The notes under the pieces were generated by a model. The model saw nothing but the letters and a program-made list of their open reading frames with translations. It did no database searches and was not told the origin of the DNA. From Chloroflexota bacterium (lineage in GTDB: Bacteria > Chloroflexota > Dehalococcoidia > UBA2979): DNA of 58,883 nt. Shown here piece after piece: positions 31,294-40,389 of the stretch; within the stretch, counting starts at the first letter, position 1; the number at the start of each line of letters is the position of its first letter. The position numbers were made by a program, and so were the translations under genes. Location of the stretch: positions 1 through 58,883 of the forward strand of contig JAQCIU010000020.1 of assembly GCA_027593235.1 (NCBI GenBank). The letters run 5' to 3'.

Positions 31294-31931
31294 CAGGCGC
31301 TCCCCTCGCTCGCCGGTATCGCGAACAGGCCGTTCGTGTGCAGGTCCAGCTCGGCGTCATGCCAGCGATTCATCACGGCGTCGGAGTAGAGATCGGCGGC
31401 GAAGAGGCGAGAGAGGAAAGGCTCCAGCATGATGATTCCTAGGTCTTCGGCGAGCAGCAGCATCAGCCGCGCGTCCTCGTCGCCACCGGCGGCTGGTCGG
31501 ACGAGGCCCCGTTCCCCCAGCTGCGCCACCATCTCGCGACCGGCGACAAACAGCTCCTCGAAGAAGGCGTACCCCGTGTCGCCGCCCTCGATCAGGAGCT
31601 GACGGAGATAGCCGCCAAGCAGCGGCTCGCTGCGGAAGAACATGCGGATCTCGTGGCTCGTACCGTCGAGCAACTCCTCAGCCGAATCGGCCTCCGCGGC
31701 GCGGTTCATCCAGTCGTGGAAGGTGTCCAGCACCCAGCGATCGATCACCCGGCGAAGCTCGGCGACGGATCCGAAGTGATGGATCACCAGCGCGGCTGAG
31801 ACGCCGGCTTCCTTCGCGATCGCGCGACCGGAGACCTCTTCGAAACCGCGGGTAGCGAAGAGGCGAAAGGCCGCCTCAAGGATCCGAGCGCGGCCACTCG
31901 CATCGGTAGAGGTTGGCGACACTGAACGCAT
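31293..31931 (-). CDS. TetR/AcrR family regulator
   Basis: RILEAAFRLFATRGFEEVSGRAIAKEAGVSAALVIHHFGS; ATG at 31931 preferred over TTG at 31967. Confidence 0.88.
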   Translation of the reverse strand: MRSVSPTSTDASGRARILEAAFRLFATRGFEEVSGRAIAKEAGVSAALVIHHFGSVAELRRVIDRWVLDTFHDWMNRAAEADSAEELLDGTSHEIRMFFRSEPLLGGYLRQLLIEGGDTGYAFFEELFVAGREMVAQLGERGLVRPAAGGDEDARLMLLLAEDLGIIMLEPFLSRLFAADLYSDAVMNRWHDAELDLHTNGLFAIPASEGSA

Positions 31932-31967
31932 GTTCAGTATATTGAACATCTGTTCAGTTCTAGTCAA
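31921..31967 (-). promoter_or_regulatory. Tandem TetR operators overlapping a probable leaderless promoter
   Basis: ACTGAAC-GCAT-GTTCAGT and ATTGAAC-ATCT-GTTCAGT; minus strand reads TTGACT-N17-CAATAT-N7-ATG. Confidence 0.8.
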
Positions 31968-32091
31968 GGGACCGTCGCGGGCAGCAGAGGGCGGCCATCA
32001 GGGGAAGCGAACGACAGTTGCGAACGACGGCGCAGGCCGTGGGTGACCGAGCTGCCGGGCGTTCACAACGCTGCCGGCCACGTCCCCACCG

Positions 32092-32664
32092 CTAGCCCGG
32101 CTCGGTCACCGGATACCCCGAAGAAGCGACGATCTCCTCGATCGGATTGAGGTGCGCGCGATCGTGGACGCGTTGGAACGCGAACCAGGCGCGCGCCGGC
32201 AGCGGCCCGAAGTACATGTGCGGGAACGTGCGCTCGAGGTCCGCATTCACGGGCAGCCGCCGTGGCAGCGCGGCGAACGCGATCGAGTCCTCGCGCAGCG
32301 CGCCAACCAGCGAGGCGAATGAGCCGTCGAAGTCCGGCGTCACCTCGTGCGCGGTCAGGTCGCCGGGGCTGTCGTATGGCGTGTCGGCTCCGGGATCGCG
32401 GCCGGCGGCAAGCGCCTCGATGATGCCGATCACACCCGCCGAGGATGGCAGCAGGTGGCGGACCGTTTCGGCAATCGACCACACATCGGCGGCGGGCTTC
32501 CACGCGGCCTGCGTCTCGGAGACGGGGGCGATCGCGGCAAGCAGCGAAGCGCGCATCGCAACGACCTCGGGCCAGAGTTCGGCCCAATCGAGGTCGGCCG
32601 CGCGGGTGAGCAGGCGCGTTCGGATCGCTGCTTGCCAGTCCGGGGGCGGTGATGAATCGCTCAT
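32092..32664 (-). CDS. DinB family protein
   Basis: WKPAADVWSIAETVRHL, HMYFGPL, RVHDRAHLNPI. Confidence 0.85.
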   Translation of the reverse strand: MSDSSPPPDWQAAIRTRLLTRAADLDWAELWPEVVAMRASLLAAIAPVSETQAAWKPAADVWSIAETVRHLLPSSAGVIGIIEALAAGRDPGADTPYDSPGDLTAHEVTPDFDGSFASLVGALREDSIAFAALPRRLPVNADLERTFPHMYFGPLPARAWFAFQRVHDRAHLNPIEEIVASSGYPVTEPG

Positions 32665-32825
32665 TGCTGACGGATCAGGCACCGAAGGGTGCCCTTTCGT
32701 CAACTCGACGCCAGATCTTCAGTCTGGCCGGGCGGCAGATTCCGGTCGTAGATCAGAACGGGAACCTCACCGCGCCGGCTGTCGTACTGTCGATAGTGGG
32801 CGCGCGGACAACGGAAGGACACGGC

Positions 32826-33698
32826 GTGACGGTGGCCGAGCTGGAACGATCGAGGGCCCGGCGGCCGCGCTTCAGCGGCATCCGGCGCATCGTTGGTCGA
32901 TCCGGCGGTTCGTTCTTCATGCTGGCGCTGGCGCCGATCGTGGTGCTGGCTGGCGTCGGTGGGTACCTGGCGCGCTCCTCGGAGCTCAGCAGCCTGGACA
33001 ACCGAATCAGCGCGCTGACGACGCAGGTGACCGCGAACACCGAGGTCACCGAGCGGGCGACCGAGCGAGTGGTCACGCTCTCCGAGGAGAACCAGCGGCT
33101 CGCCGCGGACCTCGATGTGGCGCAGGACCTCAACGCCGATCTGACGACACGCCTCGCAAGCGTCGAGGCGGCGGTCCAGAGCACCACGGACCTGGAGACC
33201 AGCCTCGAAGCGCTGGTCGCGGAGCGCGACCAGCTTCGCGACGACCTCTCGACGGCGACAGGTTCGCTGACCGTCCAGGGCGAGCGGCTCGCGGCATTGC
33301 AGCCGATCCAGTCGTTTGGCCCGGCCGGCGACCCACTGCTCTTCGACGGCTCGACCGAGGCCTGGCTCGCGCAGCCGGTCTGTACCGGCAGCATGGAGCC
33401 GACGATCGACTGCGATGATGTGCTGGTCGTCTACCGAGCAGCGGTCACGGACCTCGATGTCGGCGACATCATCATCTTCCAGCGCCCCGCCGCGAGCTGT
33501 GAGGGCATCGTCGCGGGCTCCTACCTCCTGCACCGCATCACGCGCGTGGTCAGCTCCCCCACCGAAGGACTGATGTTCGAAACAAAGGGTGACGCCAACG
33601 AGTCCGTCGATCCGTGCCTGGCCCCGGTGACCAGCATCACCGGAAAGGTGCTCGCGATCGTCCAAAACTCGAAGGTTCCTGGATTGGGTGAGCACTGA
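32826..33698 (+). CDS. Membrane-anchored coiled-coil protein with C-terminal S26 (SipW/ER-type) signal peptidase domain
   Basis: TM helix, ~100-aa heptad-rich region, then TGSMEPT..VGDIIIF..LHRI..TKGDAN..ITGKV; GGAAGG RBS before GTG 32826. Confidence 0.8.
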   Translation: MTVAELERSRARRPRFSGIRRIVGRSGGSFFMLALAPIVVLAGVGGYLARSSELSSLDNRISALTTQVTANTEVTERATERVVTLSEENQRLAADLDVAQDLNADLTTRLASVEAAVQSTTDLETSLEALVAERDQLRDDLSTATGSLTVQGERLAALQPIQSFGPAGDPLLFDGSTEAWLAQPVCTGSMEPTIDCDDVLVVYRAAVTDLDVGDIIIFQRPAASCEGIVAGSYLLHRITRVVSSPTEGLMFETKGDANESVDPCLAPVTSITGKVLAIVQNSKVPGLGEH

Positions 33699-33760
33699 TC
33701 ACGGCCAGAGCGGACGCTCGGATCCATGTCTCGTTATGTCCAAATATGACATCGCGAATA

Positions 33761-33769
33761 TGGTATGAT
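33761..33769 (+). promoter_or_regulatory. Extended -10 promoter upstream of sigma factor
   Basis: TGgTATGAT in an AT-rich patch ~185 nt before the ATG. Confidence 0.45.
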
Positions 33770-33952
33770 CCTTCTACGAAATACCGTCCAACCCTATTCC
33801 CAACCGGCGATCCGCAATGGATCTCTACTTCGCAGACGCTGCGTCGCAGCGTTGTCACCTCGATTTGCCGCCCCCGGGCGGCGATTCAGGGTGACGAGGA
33901 AGCATTGTTTGCCGTCGATACCGATCTGAGCTGACCGAAGGATTCAAGGAAC

Positions 33953-35341
33953 ATGACGCAGAAGACCTCCTTCGATACCGGCGGACGTGAGCTCGAAGAG
34001 CTGCTGAGCCGTCGATCGCGCGACCAGGCCGTAATTGCGGAAGCCCGCAAGGTCGCCGAGCAGGCCGGGATCGACGACCCGGTTCGCCAGTACCTGAACC
34101 GCATCGGCCAGGTCGCCCTGCTGACCGCCGCCGACGAGCGCCGTCTCGCCCGGCACATGGAAGAGTGGATCCACCTCGAGGCGATCGAGGCCGAGCTCCG
34201 CGAGTCCGAGGGCCGCGAGCCGACGCCCGCCGAGGTGCTGGTGCAGCTCTACCGCCAGTTCCGCCAGGAGCGCGATACCTACCGCTCCGTGAGCCGCTTC
34301 CTGGATCTCCCGCGACAGTCGGCGACCGAGCGCATCCAGGACGAGAAGTTCCGCGAGACGATCGACCGCGTCCTGGACGAGGGCGCGCACGCCGCGCTGA
34401 TGAAGGACATGAGCTGGGACGAGGACCGCGCCAAAGAGGCCCTGGTTAAGCTCTCGATCATCACCAACGTCATGCGCCCCGAGCACATCGAGTGGGCGAC
34501 GGAGATCACCGGGTCCGAGGCCAAGGTGTTCTCACCTCCGGCCGACCTGGCAGACAAGCTGGAAGCCGCTCACGGGCCGACGATCCGCTTCTACTTCGAG
34601 AAGATCCGTTACGACGGCGAGCGCTCCAAGCGGCACCTGACCGAGGCGAACCTGCGACTGGTCGTCGCCGTCGCGAAGAAGTACCTGGGCCGCGGCCTCT
34701 CCCTGCTGGACCTCATCCAGGAGGGCAACATTGGCCTGATGCGCGGCGTCGAGAAGTTCGACTACCGCCGTGGCTTCAAGTTCTCCACCTACGCGACGTG
34801 GTGGATTCGCCAGGGCATCACCCGTGCACTCGCCGACCAGGCCCGCACCATCCGTATCCCCGTCCACATGGTCGAGGTGATCAACAAGATGGTGCGGGTA
34901 TCGCGCCGGCTTCAGCAGGAGCTGGGCCGCGAGCCCACCCCCGAGGAGATCGGCAAGGAGCTGGAGCTCCCCGCCCTCCGCGTCCAGGAACTGCGCAAGA
35001 TCGCCCAGGAGACCGTTTCGCTCGACACGCCAGTCGGCGAGGACGAAGACTCGGACCTCGCGGACTTCGTCCCCGACGAGTCGGCGGAACTGCCGTTCGA
35101 CCAGGCCTCGTACCAGCTCTTCCGCCAGCAGGTGGCGGACGTACTGTCCTCGCTGACGCCGCGTGAGCGGCGCGTGCTGGAGCTGCGCTTCGGCCTCGAG
35201 GACGGCAAGGCACGGACGCTCGAAGAGGTTGGCCGCGAGTTCAACGTCACCCGCGAGCGCATCCGCCAGATCGAGGGCAAGGCCCTGCGCAAGCTGCGCA
35301 GCCCCACGCGGTCACGCCAGCTTCGGGACTACCTCTCCTAG
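33953..35341 (+). CDS. rpoD: RNA polymerase sigma-70 factor, RpoD/SigA family
   Basis: DPVRQYL (1.2), [57 protein letters not shown]. Confidence 0.93.
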   Translation: MTQKTSFDTGGRELEELLSRRSRDQAVIAEARKVAEQAGIDDPVRQYLNRIGQVALLTAADERRLARHMEEWIHLEAIEAELRESEGREPTPAEVLVQLYRQFRQERDTYRSVSRFLDLPRQSATERIQDEKFRETIDRVLDEGAHAALMKDMSWDEDRAKEALVKLSIITNVMRPEHIEWATEITGSEAKVFSPPADLADKLEAAHGPTIRFYFEKIRYDGERSKRHLTEANLRLVVAVAKKYLGRGLSLLDLIQEGNIGLMRGVEKFDYRRGFKFSTYATWWIRQGITRALADQARTIRIPVHMVEVINKMVRVSRRLQQELGREPTPEEIGKELELPALRVQELRKIAQETVSLDTPVGEDEDSDLADFVPDESAELPFDQASYQLFRQQVADVLSSLTPRERRVLELRFGLEDGKARTLEEVGREFNVTRERIRQIEGKALRKLRSPTRSRQLRDYLS

Positions 35342-35365
35342 CCCCCGCTCGAGGTAACAAGACCA

Positions 35366-35393
35366 ACGGGCCGCCTTCGGGCGGCCCGTGTTG
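35366..35393 (+). terminator. Terminator hairpin after sigma factor
   Basis: ACGGGCCGCC-TTCG-GGCGGCCCGT 10-bp stem with UUCG loop. Confidence 0.8.
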
Positions 35394-35499
35394 TGTCCGG
35401 CGATCGGACCCCGCGACCCGAATCGTGACGCAACCGGCCTCGGCAGGTCGCGAGGCGACAGCGGTTCAGGCTATGCTCTCGCCGCACAGGAGTTGCCCC

Positions 35500-35538
35500 G
35501 TGAATGCACCCCTCCATGCCGGGACCGCCGTCAGCTAG
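35500..35538 (+). promoter_or_regulatory. Candidate leader peptide (MNAPLHAGTAVS) / translational attenuator of MFS gene
   Basis: AGGAG 7 nt before GTG; internal ACCCCTC complementary to GAGGGGT RBS at 35618-35624. Confidence 0.5.
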
Positions 35539-35631
35539 CTGACCGCCCGCTCCCGGCTTCCGTCACTCGACCACTGCTTCCGTGACTGACGTCGCGCGGG
35601 CCGCGTCCCACGCGCTCGAGGGGTTTCATCC

Positions 35632-36900
35632 TTGTCATCCGACACACGTCCGACCATGTTGCCGGGCGGTCGCCCGATCCCGGCGCGCCCGCTCTACCTC
35701 TGGCTCAAGGCGGCCCTCGGCTTCCTAACGATGCTCGCCTTCGCAACCTACGGCCTCTACGTCGTGCGCGAAGCCGAGCTCAGCGCGCTCCAACTGATCC
35801 TCGCCGGCACCGCCCTCGAGGTCTCGGCATTCCTCTTCGAGGTGCCAACGGGCGTCGTCGCCGACGTCTACAGCCGGCGACTCTCCGTGATCCTCAGCGT
35901 GGCGATCAACGCGATCGCGTTCGTCGTGATGGGGTTGGTCGCCAACTTCTGGTTCATCGCCGGCGGGTCCTTTATCTGGGGCTTCGCGTTCACGTTCCGC
36001 AGCGGCGCCCTGGAGGCGTGGCTGGCAGACGAGATCGGCGAAGAGGAGGCGGCGCTGACCTACGGTCCGGCGCAACAGGTGACGCTGGCCGCGCGGCTCC
36101 TCGGAATCCCCTTCGGCGTGGCGCTCGCCACGATCGATCTGCAACTCCCGCTGCTGGTCAGCGGCGCGCTCTTCGCCGTGCTCGCCGTGGTGCTGATGGC
36201 ATTGATGACGGAGCGCGGCTTCACACGCGGCGTGGTGACGGGCTGGAGCACCGTCGGCCGCACCGCGGCCGCCGGCATTCGCGAGGTGCGCGGCCGTCCG
36301 GCCTTGATCGCGATCATGGCGATCGCGGTGATCGGCGGTGCCTCGAGCGAGTCGCTCGACCGCCTGAACCCGCTGCTGTTCGTCGATGAGGTGGGACTCC
36401 CCGGCGGCGGCGGAGCGAACGAGGCGGTCTGGTTCGGCCTGATCCAGGCGGGCGCCCTGCTCGGCGGCATCGCACTGACCGGGCTCGGCGGCCGCTTCAC
36501 CGATCCGCGGCGAGCACGTTCGCTAGTCACGGCGTTGCTGTTCTTCGAAGCTGTGCTGATCGCCGCGATGGTCGTGTTCGGGACCGCAACGTTGTTCGTA
36601 CTCGCCCTCGGCGCCTACTGGGTCACCGACTGGGTGCGCGCCGCGTCCGAGCCGTTGACGCTCGCCTGGATCAACCGAGGGCTCGACCCACGTTCCCGCG
36701 CGACAGTGCTCTCGCTCTACGGCCAGGCGGACGCGCTGGGGCAGGGAGCGGGCGGGCCCTCGCTCGGCCTCGTGGCAACGGCGACCAACGTCCGCGTGGC
36801 GCTGGTCGCGGCCGGGCTGCTACTGGCGCCGGCGCTGCCAATCTTCGCCATCCAGCGGCGAGCGCCGGAAGAGCCGGCGCCTCCACCGAGGGGCGGCTGA
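35632..36900 (+). CDS. MFS efflux transporter, TetA(P)-like
   Basis: LQLILAGTALEVSAFLFEVPTGVVADVYSRRLS, SGALEAWLADE, RATVLSLYGQADALGQ. Confidence 0.88.
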   Translation: MSSDTRPTMLPGGRPIPARPLYLWLKAALGFLTMLAFATYGLYVVREAELSALQLILAGTALEVSAFLFEVPTGVVADVYSRRLSVILSVAINAIAFVVMGLVANFWFIAGGSFIWGFAFTFRSGALEAWLADEIGEEEAALTYGPAQQVTLAARLLGIPFGVALATIDLQLPLLVSGALFAVLAVVLMALMTERGFTRGVVTGWSTVGRTAAAGIREVRGRPALIAIMAIAVIGGASSESLDRLNPLLFVDEVGLPGGGGANEAVWFGLIQAGALLGGIALTGLGGRFTDPRRARSLVTALLFFEAVLIAAMVVFGTATLFVLALGAYWVTDWVRAASEPLTLAWINRGLDPRSRATVLSLYGQADALGQGAGGPSLGLVATATNVRVALVAAGLLLAPALPIFAIQRRAPEEPAPPPRGG

Positions 36901-36960
36901 CCGGTCACTGGTCGCTGCCGGCTTCACTGCGGTGCTGGCATCCGAACAAGCGTCCGGCAA

Positions 36961-37110
36961 GCGAGCGAATCTCCGCCGGAGGATGATTGAGGGCGAATCC
37001 GGCCGATGGTTGAGCTAGCCTGGGAACCGCGGCGTTGGAGCTTGAGATACCCCAGTTGGAACAGGTCCTAGCCTTGCCTTCGCGGACCTGCGGCGGTAGA
37101 TTTGGCAGGC
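36961..37110 (+). ncRNA. Candidate 6S RNA-like rod-shaped RNA
   Basis: GAATCTCCGCCGGAGG pairs with CCTGCGGCGGTAGATTT; GAGGGCGA with TTGCCTTC; central bubble; CTGGG with CCCAG; G-U pairs favour + strand. Confidence 0.45.
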
Positions 37111-37264
37111 TCTTACGTTGACGTTCACGTTAGATGATGGTTCTGTGACTGACACTCAAATTGGCTCCTCACTCAAGACCGTCGACGATGCCGCGATCGC
37201 GGGCGACCGTTCGTACAACGAATCGGTCGCCTCGACGCAGACGGAGTCCGGCGCGGATCCGACG

Positions 37265-37894
37265 ATGACCCTCGCAGCGTCCGAGGCGGAGCCGACTCCC
37301 ACCGTCACGAAAGAGGAACTGGTCGCGCATGTCGCGGCCCGGCTGCGTTCCTGGCGGATCCGGAGCGGCCTCTCCCAATCCGCGGTCGCCATGGGCACCG
37401 GGCTCGATCAGTCGAGCGTCTCGAACTACGAGAGCGGCAAACGCGACATACCGGTACCCGTGATCGTGCGTCTGATCGCAACCTTGAACGTGAGCCTCGG
37501 CGACCTGGTTGATCCCTCGCTCCTGCTAGGCGGTGATGACGAGGTCATCGTTGCGCGACACAGCCTGCTGGGCGAGGCCGTTTCGCGGCTGATCGTCGGT
37601 CGCGCGGATGTCGCACGAGCCCGGCGCGACCTGGAGCTGACCTGGGATGCGTCGCGACTGGCGCGCGCCATGATCGCGAGCGCTGCGGAGCAGGGCGCCG
37701 ACCTGGTCGTGGCGGCGGTGCAGGCGGTCGATCGCGCACTCGCGATCGCCGACGAGCGACACCTCGATCGCACCGACCTGCTGCTGGCGGTTACGCAGAG
37801 CGCGGTCGTGGAGGCCTCGCTGGTGAGCGAGGCCGCGGCGCAGCGCGTCCAGCAGGCGCTCGAGGCCCGCCGCCTGGAGCAACTCCCCTACTAG
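37265..37894 (+). CDS. XRE-family HTH transcriptional regulator (start uncertain; ORF open from 37118)
   Basis: RLRSWRIRSGLSQSAVAMGTGLDQSSVSNYESGKRDIPV. Confidence 0.85.
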   Translation: MTLAASEAEPTPTVTKEELVAHVAARLRSWRIRSGLSQSAVAMGTGLDQSSVSNYESGKRDIPVPVIVRLIATLNVSLGDLVDPSLLLGGDDEVIVARHSLLGEAVSRLIVGRADVARARRDLELTWDASRLARAMIASAAEQGADLVVAAVQAVDRALAIADERHLDRTDLLLAVTQSAVVEASLVSEAAAQRVQQALEARRLEQLPY

Positions 37895-37897
37895 CTC

Positions 37898-37927
37898 ACC
37901 CCGCCTGACCCCGCCTGACCCCGCCTC
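37898..37927. repeat. 10-bp tandem repeat x3 (ACCCCGCCTG)
   Basis: Directly visible between convergent genes. Confidence 0.8.
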
Positions 37928-37955
37928 ACATCGAACGGCCGTCGGTCCTTCGACG

Positions 37956-38939
37956 CTACCCCCGAGGTAGATCGGCAAGCGCCTGGCGCGCCGCCTCGGC
38001 ATCAAGTTCCCACTGTGCCTTGCGATAGTCCGGCGGCGGATAGCCACTCCACGCGAAGAGCGCCTCCGGCTCCCACAGCTCCGGGTTCGTGATGCAGTCC
38101 ATGTCCGCGTAGTACTCGACGTGACCGCCTGAGGGGTTCCGGAAGTAGTAGAAGATGTTCGACCCGATGTAGTGGCGCCCGAGGCCCCAGCTCGGCTGCC
38201 AGCCGGCCTCCGTCATCACGCGATGCCCACCCATGATCTCGTCCAGGTTCTGGACGCCGAAGGAGATGTGATTAAGCCCGGCGCGGTGGTAGCGCAGCAG
38301 GAACAGGTTGTGGTGATCGGTTGAACAGCGGAGGAACGCACCCGCGCCGCGCAGCACGTCCGAGACCATGAAGCCGAGCCGCTCCACGTAGAAGTCGTAC
38401 GCGGCGTCGTAGTCCGGTCAGTAGAGAACGATGTGGCCGATGTGTTGCGGCGCCGCCCGCTCGTAGAGCTGGAAGCGTTCGTTGCGGCGCACCGCCTCCC
38501 CGATCGTGTTCAGGGTCTGCGGTTCCAGCCGCACGGCGACACGCTGAGTCACGCGAAAGGCAATCGTGAAGCCCGAGGGATCGACGGTGCGGACCGTGCC
38601 GTCGCTGTCACGGCTCACCGGCCGATCGGCCTCGAGGTTCGCGGCGAGCGCATCGAGTGATCGCTGCGTATCCACGCCCCAGACGATCTCGCGGATCGAA
38701 GGCCCCGGCTCAACCGCCGGCGCCAGCGACGAGTCCTCGATCGCGCGGACGAGCACCGTGGTCTGTTCCGGCGTCCCAAACGTCGCTCCACTCGCGCCCC
38801 GCTCGAGGGCTTCGAGACCGAAGTCCTCGAAGAAGCGGGTGCTGCGTGCGACGTCCTCGACGCCATACGTGACGGACTCGATGCCGACGATGCCGGTGAC
38901 GGTTCGATCGCCCGGCTGCGTGGCTCCCGGCTTGCTCAT
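37956..38939 (-). pseudogene. Two-domain VOC family protein (extradiol dioxygenase-like) with in-frame TGA at 38418-38420
   Basis: GIESVTYGVED..FFEDFGL..DPSG; HIGHIVLY*PDYDAAYDFYVERLGFMVSD..DHHNLF..LNHISF..GLGRHYIGSNIFYYFRNPSG..EYYADMD. Confidence 0.8.
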
Positions 38940-39013
38940 CTGGTCGCCCCTCACTGCTGCGGAGCGATGCTACTCGTTCGGCAGTGGCGTCGTGGCCGTC
39001 GTGGCCTCGCGAG

Positions 39014-40339
39014 CTAGCGAACGAACTCGCCGCTGATCCAGCCGTCGCGGCCGTCCGCCGTGCGAACGTTCACCCACTCGCCCTCGAGCGGTGACAGACG
39101 CTCGACGAGCGCGCCGTCGGCGATGCAGCGGAGCACCCGACCGGCCGAGGACCCTTCCGACCGAAGGTTCAGGCAGTCGCCCGCGCCGGCGTTGATCTCG
39201 GCGAAGGGGCCAAGTTGCACGGCGACGGCCCATCCGCCCTCGAGGTCGAAGCCGGCAAGATCGATCGGCGTGACGGCGTGGGCGGTGACATCGAGGATCA
39301 GCGGGATCCGTCGCCGGCCATCCGTGTCGACGACGTCGCCATTGACGAGGAGCGTCGAACTGCTCAGCCAGGCGGTGGGGATCATCTTGAACGGGGCGGC
39401 GAGCGTCGTCGACACGGCATAACTGGCGCCGAGGCGATCGTAGATCGACCAGCGCCACGCCTCGGCGTCGCCATCGGGCAGCGTCTCGATCCAGGTCACG
39501 GCGAGCCGCGTGGCATCGACGTTCGGCAGCACCGCGACACCATGCGCCCGCGATCCACCGCTGAGTTCCGCACCCAGATCGAGCAGCGTGCTCCCGGCGC
39601 CCGTGACCAGCGCGCCCTCGGTCGTCCACCAGGCCACCTCGGAATCGCCCAGCGTCCCGGCGCCGAGGGTGATCGGATCGCCGCCCGGGTCGCGCGTCGC
39701 GGGCGGATCGGCGATCAGCCCGCTCGGCCACCACTCGATGCGGCCCGTCCGCGAGTCGTCCGTGCGGGGGAGCCGTTCGAGGAGGAAGGAGTCGAGGCCG
39801 CGCCCGGCGACAACCGTGGCGATGCCGTCAAGGTCGCCCGCGGATTCCCAGGTGACGCCGCCGTCGTCAGAGCGAAAGAAGGTGACGACGGCATCGATCG
39901 ATCCGCTGGCGCCGCTCCCCGGGCATTCGCCCGTCGTGCAGACAGCGATCACGAGCTGCCCCGGTGGGAGCGTGGCGCCGAGGTGGTTGGTGTCCTGGAA
40001 GGACAGGAGCTGGTTGCCGGCATAGGCGAACGGATCGAACAGCAGACGCTCTTCCAGTTCGCCGCCCACTCCGCGGTGAACGCGCCAGAGTTCGCCGTCG
40101 CGAGCGAGGATCAGCGCGACCGTGCCCGGGAGCGGCTCCGCTGCCGCCCGCACCTCGACGGTTGGAGCATCGCTGAGGACCGCCGCGGGCGTCGCCGACC
40201 CGTCAGGACCAACAGCCGGAGTAGCTGTCGGCGAGCCCGCGTCCGATCCACCACCGAGGCTGCAGGCGACGGTGCCGAGCAGAGCGCCCAACAGCATCGG
40301 GGTCAGCAGCAGCGTGCGGAGCGTGCGCATTGGATTCAC
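39014..40339 (-). CDS. Lipoprotein with BNR/Asp-box and C-terminal SH3b domain
   Basis: Lipobox TVAC; FRSDDGGVTW; CLNLRSEGS..WVNVRTADGRDGWISGEF. Confidence 0.8.
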   Translation of the reverse strand: MNPMRTLRTLLLTPMLLGALLGTVACSLGGGSDAGSPTATPAVGPDGSATPAAVLSDAPTVEVRAAAEPLPGTVALILARDGELWRVHRGVGGELEERLLFDPFAYAGNQLLSFQDTNHLGATLPPGQLVIAVCTTGECPGSGASGSIDAVVTFFRSDDGGVTWESAGDLDGIATVVAGRGLDSFLLERLPRTDDSRTGRIEWWPSGLIADPPATRDPGGDPITLGAGTLGDSEVAWWTTEGALVTGAGSTLLDLGAELSGGSRAHGVAVLPNVDATRLAVTWIETLPDGDAEAWRWSIYDRLGASYAVSTTLAAPFKMIPTAWLSSSTLLVNGDVVDTDGRRRIPLILDVTAHAVTPIDLAGFDLEGGWAVAVQLGPFAEINAGAGDCLNLRSEGSSAGRVLRCIADGALVERLSPLEGEWVNVRTADGRDGWISGEFVR

Positions 40340-40389
40340 AGATCGCTAACGCCGCAGCCGGCCGATCGGTTTCCTCGGACGCCCCGCGA

